A stretch of 64,000 bases of DNA. It comes from Halocafeteria seosinensis (lineage: Eukaryota). Of the stretch, positions 59,130 through 64,000 are shown in pieces; the stretch's first letter is position 1, and every line of letters starts with the position of its first letter. The notes below the pieces were generated by a model. That model ran no database searches and was not told the DNA's origin. It worked only from the letters and a program-made list of their open reading frames with translations. The position numbers and the translations under genes are program-made. The stretch is taken from NCBI GenBank assembly GCA_001687465.1, contig LVLI01000090.1:1-64000 (forward strand), written 5' to 3'.

Positions 59130-61040
59130 ATGGAAATATATGAGCAGGTAGCGAACTCTCTGCTCTGATATAGCCATGGAACTCGATGGCAGCATTCAAA
59201 AGGCTATATCCATCAAGGCGTCGTCACTAGCCCAATTGGACCGAGTGAAAGAAGCCCTTTGTGTTACGACGACCAGGATAACAATGATTCTGCGGGTTGC
59301 TTGAACAAGGAGGGAGAACCAAAACGTTATCGAATGTTACGAGACGGCAATGGAATTGGATAGCGCCTCCGTGGCCGCTCTCGTGGGGAAAGGTGCTGCT
59401 TGGCCTCCCAGGGCCGTTACCGCGAAGTGTAGTTTGTACATTTGGAACAGCGATCGCGTTGGATGAAGATTACGAAGTCGCTTATGCACGCAGAGCTTCT
59501 TCGTTAGCATCTTTAAGCCACCATAAAAGCTACTTTGTCTTTGATTGCCCGCGGATTAACTGAAAGGGATACTACGTTACGTTGCCAGATGTACGTTGGA
59601 AAGGGAATATCCTTGCGCAAGATGGATCGTCTCAAGGAAGCTATTTTATGCTTCGATAAAACAACAACTACGCTGTGTGATGACTATCGAATAGCTTAGG
59701 AAGAGAAAGGAATCGCATTGACGTCGATAGGCCAGAATAACGGAGCCCTCTCCTGTTATCAAACCGTAATTGTTTTGGACCCCAATGATAGTTGGGTTTA
59801 TCCAGCTAAGGGTTCGGACGGACGCTATGAGGAAGCCATATCTGCCTATGATGCAGCTATCGCAATCGCCTTGCGCAGTGATAACAAGGGCACATTCAAA
59901 TAATAAAGGAGCATCCTTGCCAAAATTGGGTCGGTAGAGGACGCGATCGCCTGTTACGATACAGCTCTGGCATTGTGTAGAAACCACAAGGAGGCTCACC
60001 GGAGCAAAGGAATTTGCCTGGCTTTGACGGAGGGTCACGAGGATGCTATTCATTGCTACAACATAGCCCTCAAATTGAATAGCAGCTTTCCGTTAGCTTA
60101 TGTTTATCCCTCGCAAAACATGCTCGCTGTGAGGAAGCCGTTAGCTGTTACGATGTGATGATTGCGTTGAGCAGATAGTCTCATTCAGTTGATGACGAAA
60201 GGAGAGGGCAGTTTAATGAAGGTGCTGCCCTGGCGAACATGGGAGCTCACGAAGACGCTTTGTTCTAAGAACAAACACCCTAACAAAGTAGCTACTCTGT
60301 TCTGGTAGTACAATATGGCCATTGAACTAGCCGCTGCAAATGAAGATACTATCCGATACAAGGGAGTAAGCCTAAATCACTTGGGGCGTTTCGCAGCTGC
60401 TATTGCGTGTCTTGATAGTGCAATTGCAAAGAACTGCGATTATGGGAAAGCATGTTTTGATAGAGGTTTAGTGTTAGCCCACTTAAACCGTCATATGGAA
60501 GCAATTTCTCGCTTTCGTACAGCACTGGACTTGGGCAGCAAATGTACCAGGAGGTTAACGTGGGCGTATCACTCAAAAAACGAGATCGTTATACAAAAGC
60601 CATTAACTCGTATGACATGGCGATCTCGTTGGATAGCAACTATGCGAAGGCGTTTGTCAACAAATGTGTGGCTGAAGAAATTGGGCCGTGACGAGAAAGC
60701 TGTGTCAAGCTTCGAAACTGCAATTACACTGAATCCCAAGTACAAGGAAGCTTGTAAGAACAAAAGTCTCACTGAAGAGACTCGGACGTGATAAGGAAGC
60801 TATAGAATGCTACGACAGAGCCATCGCTTTAGATAGCGAGTAGCAGTTAGCGTACAGATATAAGGGCGTTTCTCGGGCGAAGTCGGGCCGGTACCGGGAA
60901 TCTCTTGTGCTTTAATACAGCGATTGCGCTGGACGGTAACGACAGATTTGCCTATAGGCAAAAAGGAGCATCACTTGGTAACTTAAATCGTGTTGATGAA
61001 GCCAACATTTGCTATGAAACAGCCAGCGCACTAGCGAATC
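59130..61040 (+). pseudogene. Heavily degraded tandem TPR-repeat gene
   Basis: TPR fragments in shifting frames with many stops: AISIKASSLAQLDRVKEAL, GRYEEAISAYDAAIA, EAHRSKGICLALTEGHEDAIHCYNIALKLN, YKGVSLNHLGRFAAAIACLDSAI, LGRDEKAVSSFETAITLNPKYKEACKNK and EAIECYDRAIALD. Confidence 0.85.
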
Positions 61041-61316
61041 AAATATCTGTATAGCGTTATAGTCTCCACTTTGAGGCACGTTTACGAAACCAACACGGAA
61101 CATGCTCTGAATATGCAACAAATGCTACTGCCGCGACACAGCACTACAGCATCGATAAGCTCTGTATATTAGAGTATATAGTAAAGGCTTTAGCTTCCGT
61201 GATACAATACAACGCACTGGCTGCCCTGTCGGAGGACCGCTTGCGGACAGGAATGATACTCTACGGTCCGCCAACATTTCAACATTTTTACCTTCCCGAG
61301 AGATATGGTATCTCTA

Positions 61317-63938
61317 TTATCGTTCTCGATCGGGCAATCCTTCCACTGAAGTCGTGCTAGAAAATCGTGGAGCGTGCTTATCGTCTGTTTTGTCAAGGGC
61401 CTCAGCTTTGAGCGCACGGGGAGACCTGCCAGTCGCCACATCGCTCTGAGGACTCGAGGGTCCAGCGCTAGCTTCAGAGTTACGACTCTCAAAATTGTAG
61501 AATGTCGACACCGAAGGTCTTTCATGGCCTGCCTCTTGTTCCGATGTTGTATATGGTCCTCCATCCGTAGAACCGACAGAAGTCTGACGTTCCTGTGCAA
61601 GAGCGCTACCGTCGGTTGCAGCATCACTACCGCGACTTCCAGTGGCATGAGAGCCTAACGTTTTAGGCGCTTTTAGAGGTTTGCTGCTCTCGCTTTCCTG
61701 GGCGGCAAAGTACCGATCATGTACGGAGTGCACTTGCGGCGAAGCTGTAACACCCACATTCGGCTCAACCGTTTGCCCTCCTCGCCGCGATGTGCCATCC
61801 GATCCACTATCGCTGCCACCATCCGTAGCTCCGATGCTATTCATGCTCACCGACTGATTCGCCGTTCTATCACTCTGCTGTCTGGAAGTCGGGGACGCGA
61901 AAGGAGGGGTTGTCCCCGTTTGGAAATTTTGCTGACGAGCAGCGATTGAGTCGTAGTCAGTTGCCTTGCCTGAGTAGTACACGGGTGACGAGCCCCGCTG
62001 AGCACGAACCGACGCCAAATCTGTCGAAGTAAATGACTCTTGACGCTCCATAGAGTTAAAAACGGGTTCGGTTCGTTCTGGTAGCATGTTCGTCGGGAAT
62101 CCTGGACCCTGGGAATGTCGCGGTAAAGCAGAAGATGCGCTTCCACTGGCAGAAGCAGGAAAATGCGATGCTCTAACTGCTGCTGGTCTCACGGTCGCTG
62201 GAACAGCAGTTAACCCAAGACTCTGCGTTGGGGGGCCAGAACTGCTACCCATTCCCTTTGTTTCTTTCGCACGATAAACAGGTTGGCTGAGTAGCGGGGG
62301 TATAAATTTCTTCTGCTCTTTCTTGCGGATAACACCGTAGTTAACACCACCTTTGATTCGGACATTCAAAGTAATAAACCCTACGGCCTTGGCCTTGCTG
62401 GAAGCGGTCCTCGTAAACCTTGAGTTTTTCGGCACACGAATATTGGATCTGGGGTCGTTATAGTAATCGGAATACATCTCTGAAAACACCCTATCACAGG
62501 GGTTCCACAGATACGGGTCGACCTTTTCAGAAACGTTTTCGCGTCCGTAAGGACCAATTCCAAAAGCGTTCTTGGTAGCAGTCTGAGTAAGGTCACCTTC
62601 ATGTAACTCCTGCTTGACTTCTGCCAATTTCTGTGAAACACCCTTCTCCTCGGACCTGGTTGCAGAGGAGTACAATGGACCAGCGGGGACTGGTATCACT
62701 GCGCGGCCAACAAAGCCCCGGACAGGGCTGGGGTGGAACTGCAAACTGTTTTCATTGTACGATTGCAGTCTACTAGAAATATCCACCGGTTGAAGATTTG
62801 ATAGATTCCGTGTTCTTTCCACATCCCTTGCATATTGAGCGTCATAAGAGTCCGAAGCCAATCGAGAAGCAAACGCCGTGGTCTCTTGGTCCATCTCATG
62901 CATCCGTTGAGTCTCTTCTTCATTAATATCTTCTAGCAACTCATCATCGCTAATTACGTGATCACTGGAGGCATTTAAATCCTGGTGTTTCAAGAATTGT
63001 ATCCAATCCTCATTTCCGTAGTGCCTTTGTCTCGCCGCAGCGTTAGCCTCGTAGCTCGGTGGAAACGAGTCATCAGAAACAACGTCCCCGTACTTTGATT
63101 CATTACCAGTCCACAGATCAATCAATGCCTCAGGTGTCTCAGTGAAGCGAGAGACGTCGTATGCTTCCTGTCCCTGGATCTGGTGAGAGGAGGCTTCCGG
63201 TGGAGTCTGGTCAATTTTTTTCTTGTGTTTTTGTTTCCTCTTGTAGACTTCGGCAGCATAATGTAGGATTTCTACTCTGCGCCACTGCGATTCTAGTCGG
63301 TTCCAATGCCACAGTCGTAGAAAGTTAGCCATCCTTAGTTTCCTCGACTGCTCAAGGAGTTCCGCACGAGTATTGTCAGCGAAAATATTGGATGGGTCAG
63401 ATGCGGCGATCAAAGCAGGCAGTACAATGGGCAACAGGATGGGATCGTGAAACGGAATCAACTCTCTTGCAGCTTCGGCGGCGGTTCTGGACAAGTTCGC
63501 TTCACGCGCTGCTTGGACAGCCGGGAACAAAGAGCCACTTGATCTTGTGGGAACCGAGGAATCTTGAAACCAATCCGATGGTTTCGGAATTTTATTCCTG
63601 ATAACTTCCAGCCACGCAGAAGGAGATAGCAACGTTGGCGAGGGAGGAAGAAACGGGGGGAAGTTCCGCATACACACGCTGTAATCCCGAAACGACAAAG
63701 ACGAGCGAGTTTGGAGCTGCAACTGCAGCCCCCTTAGAAGATAGGCTTTTAGCGTGCGGTAATCCTCCGAGCTCAGGTCTGTGAGCATATCGTGTATATC
63801 GTTCTGGTACCGTTTGCGCTCAAATTTGCTGTTGCTGTTAGCAATGGCGCGTCGGGCTTTCATTATGGATTCCATGAGCTCTATTCGGCGCCGCTTTGCC
63901 TCTTCCAATTGTTGTCGTTCGTACTCTTCTTTCTCTTT
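61317..63938 (-). CDS. 3' exon of a large hypothetical protein (5' end outside the window)
   Basis: An 883-codon open frame. A TTCGCAG acceptor at 63939-63945 suggests the exon starts at 63938. It has a coiled-coil start and an S/T/G-rich disordered tail; no family recognised. Confidence 0.7.
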   Translation of the reverse strand, partial: KEKEEYERQQLEEAKRRRIELMESIMKARRAIANSNSKFERKRYQNDIHDMLTDLSSEDYRTLKAYLLRGLQLQLQTRSSLSFRDYSVCMRNFPPFLPPSPTLLSPSAWLEVIRNKIPKPSDWFQDSSVPTRSSGSLFPAVQAAREANLSRTAAEAARELIPFHDPILLPIVLPALIAASDPSNIFADNTRAELLEQSRKLRMANFLRLWHWNRLESQWRRVEILHYAAEVYKRKQKHKKKIDQTPPEASSHQIQGQEAYDVSRFTETPEALIDLWTGNESKYGDVVSDDSFPPSYEANAAARQRHYGNEDWIQFLKHQDLNASSDHVISDDELLEDINEEETQRMHEMDQETTAFASRLASDSYDAQYARDVERTRNLSNLQPVDISSRLQSYNENSLQFHPSPVRGFVGRAVIPVPAGPLYSSATRSEEKGVSQKLAEVKQELHEGDLTQTATKNAFGIGPYGRENVSEKVDPYLWNPCDRVFSEMYSDYYNDPRSNIRVPKNSRFTRTASSKAKAVGFITLNVRIKGGVNYGVIRKKEQKKFIPPLLSQPVYRAKETKGMGSSSGPPTQSLGLTAVPATVRPAAVRASHFPASASGSASSALPRHSQGPGFPTNMLPERTEPVFNSMERQESFTSTDLASVRAQRGSSPVYYSGKATDYDSIAARQQNFQTGTTPPFASPTSRQQSDRTANQSVSMNSIGATDGGSDSGSDGTSRRGGQTVEPNVGVTASPQVHSVHDRYFAAQESESSKPLKAPKTLGSHATGSRGSDAATDGSALAQERQTSVGSTDGGPYTTSEQEAGHERPSVSTFYNFESRNSEASAGPSSPQSDVATGRSPRALKAEALDKTDDKHAPRFSSTTSVEGLPDRER

Positions 63939-64000
63939 CTGCGAATCGATGGTCAAAAGTGAAATCATCCAAAATAACCATGGAGAGAGCGGTCAGCGCG

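Noticed and set aside
55943..61040. Complete RADAR (RdrA-RdrB) system
   Set aside because: No P-loop ATPase is visible in the window; only general ADA-fold motifs support any link.
59130..61040. Stop-codon reassignment or programmed frameshifting explaining the broken ORFs
   Set aside because: Intact genes end in TAA, TAG and TGA, and the breaks include many irregular indels, which fits decay.
62330..62730. Split C2 domain in the last gene (GFVGRAVIPV / GFITLNVRI)
   Set aside because: Two short strand-like segments are not enough for a call.
1..64000. tRNA, rRNA or other structured RNA genes; the many short antisense ORFs in the track
   Set aside because: No cloverleaf or rRNA signature was recognised by eye (a covariance search was not possible), and the short ORFs are shadows of the real genes.

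Overview
Gene-dense eukaryotic DNA with standard genetic code and mostly short (about 60-170 bp) GT-AG introns. The genes point to a flagellated protist. A heterotrophic stramenopile such as a bicosoecid is my guess; I cannot prove it from the sequence. Conserved genes: TBC1D32/BROMI, CEP120, two intact BBS1 paralogues plus a dead third 5' remnant, PP2C, a MINDY-1/2 deubiquitinase ending in CaaX, an LYR-zinc-ribbon protein, a coiled-coil protein with repeated TFxP motifs and a 3652-aa HECT E3 ligase. Accessory genes lie between them: a five-domain C-type-lectin/mucin receptor, a spliced CHAT (caspase-like, His-Cys dyad intact) protease fused to a Kelch propeller, an intronless bacterial-type AdhP, an LRR protein with 22 full 81-bp repeats (constant scaffold, hypervariable face), a sulfotransferase inserted between the BBS1 copies, and an island at 54.5-61 kb with a large divergent adenosine-deaminase-fold protein between GLUG-like and TPR pseudogenes. 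A ~250-290 bp repeat with a (TG)n tail occurs three times plus one remnant. The best candidates for an undescribed, possibly innate-immune, system are the CHAT-Kelch protease, the hypervariable LRR array and the ADA-like protein. All family calls come from recognising motifs by eye; no database searches were run.
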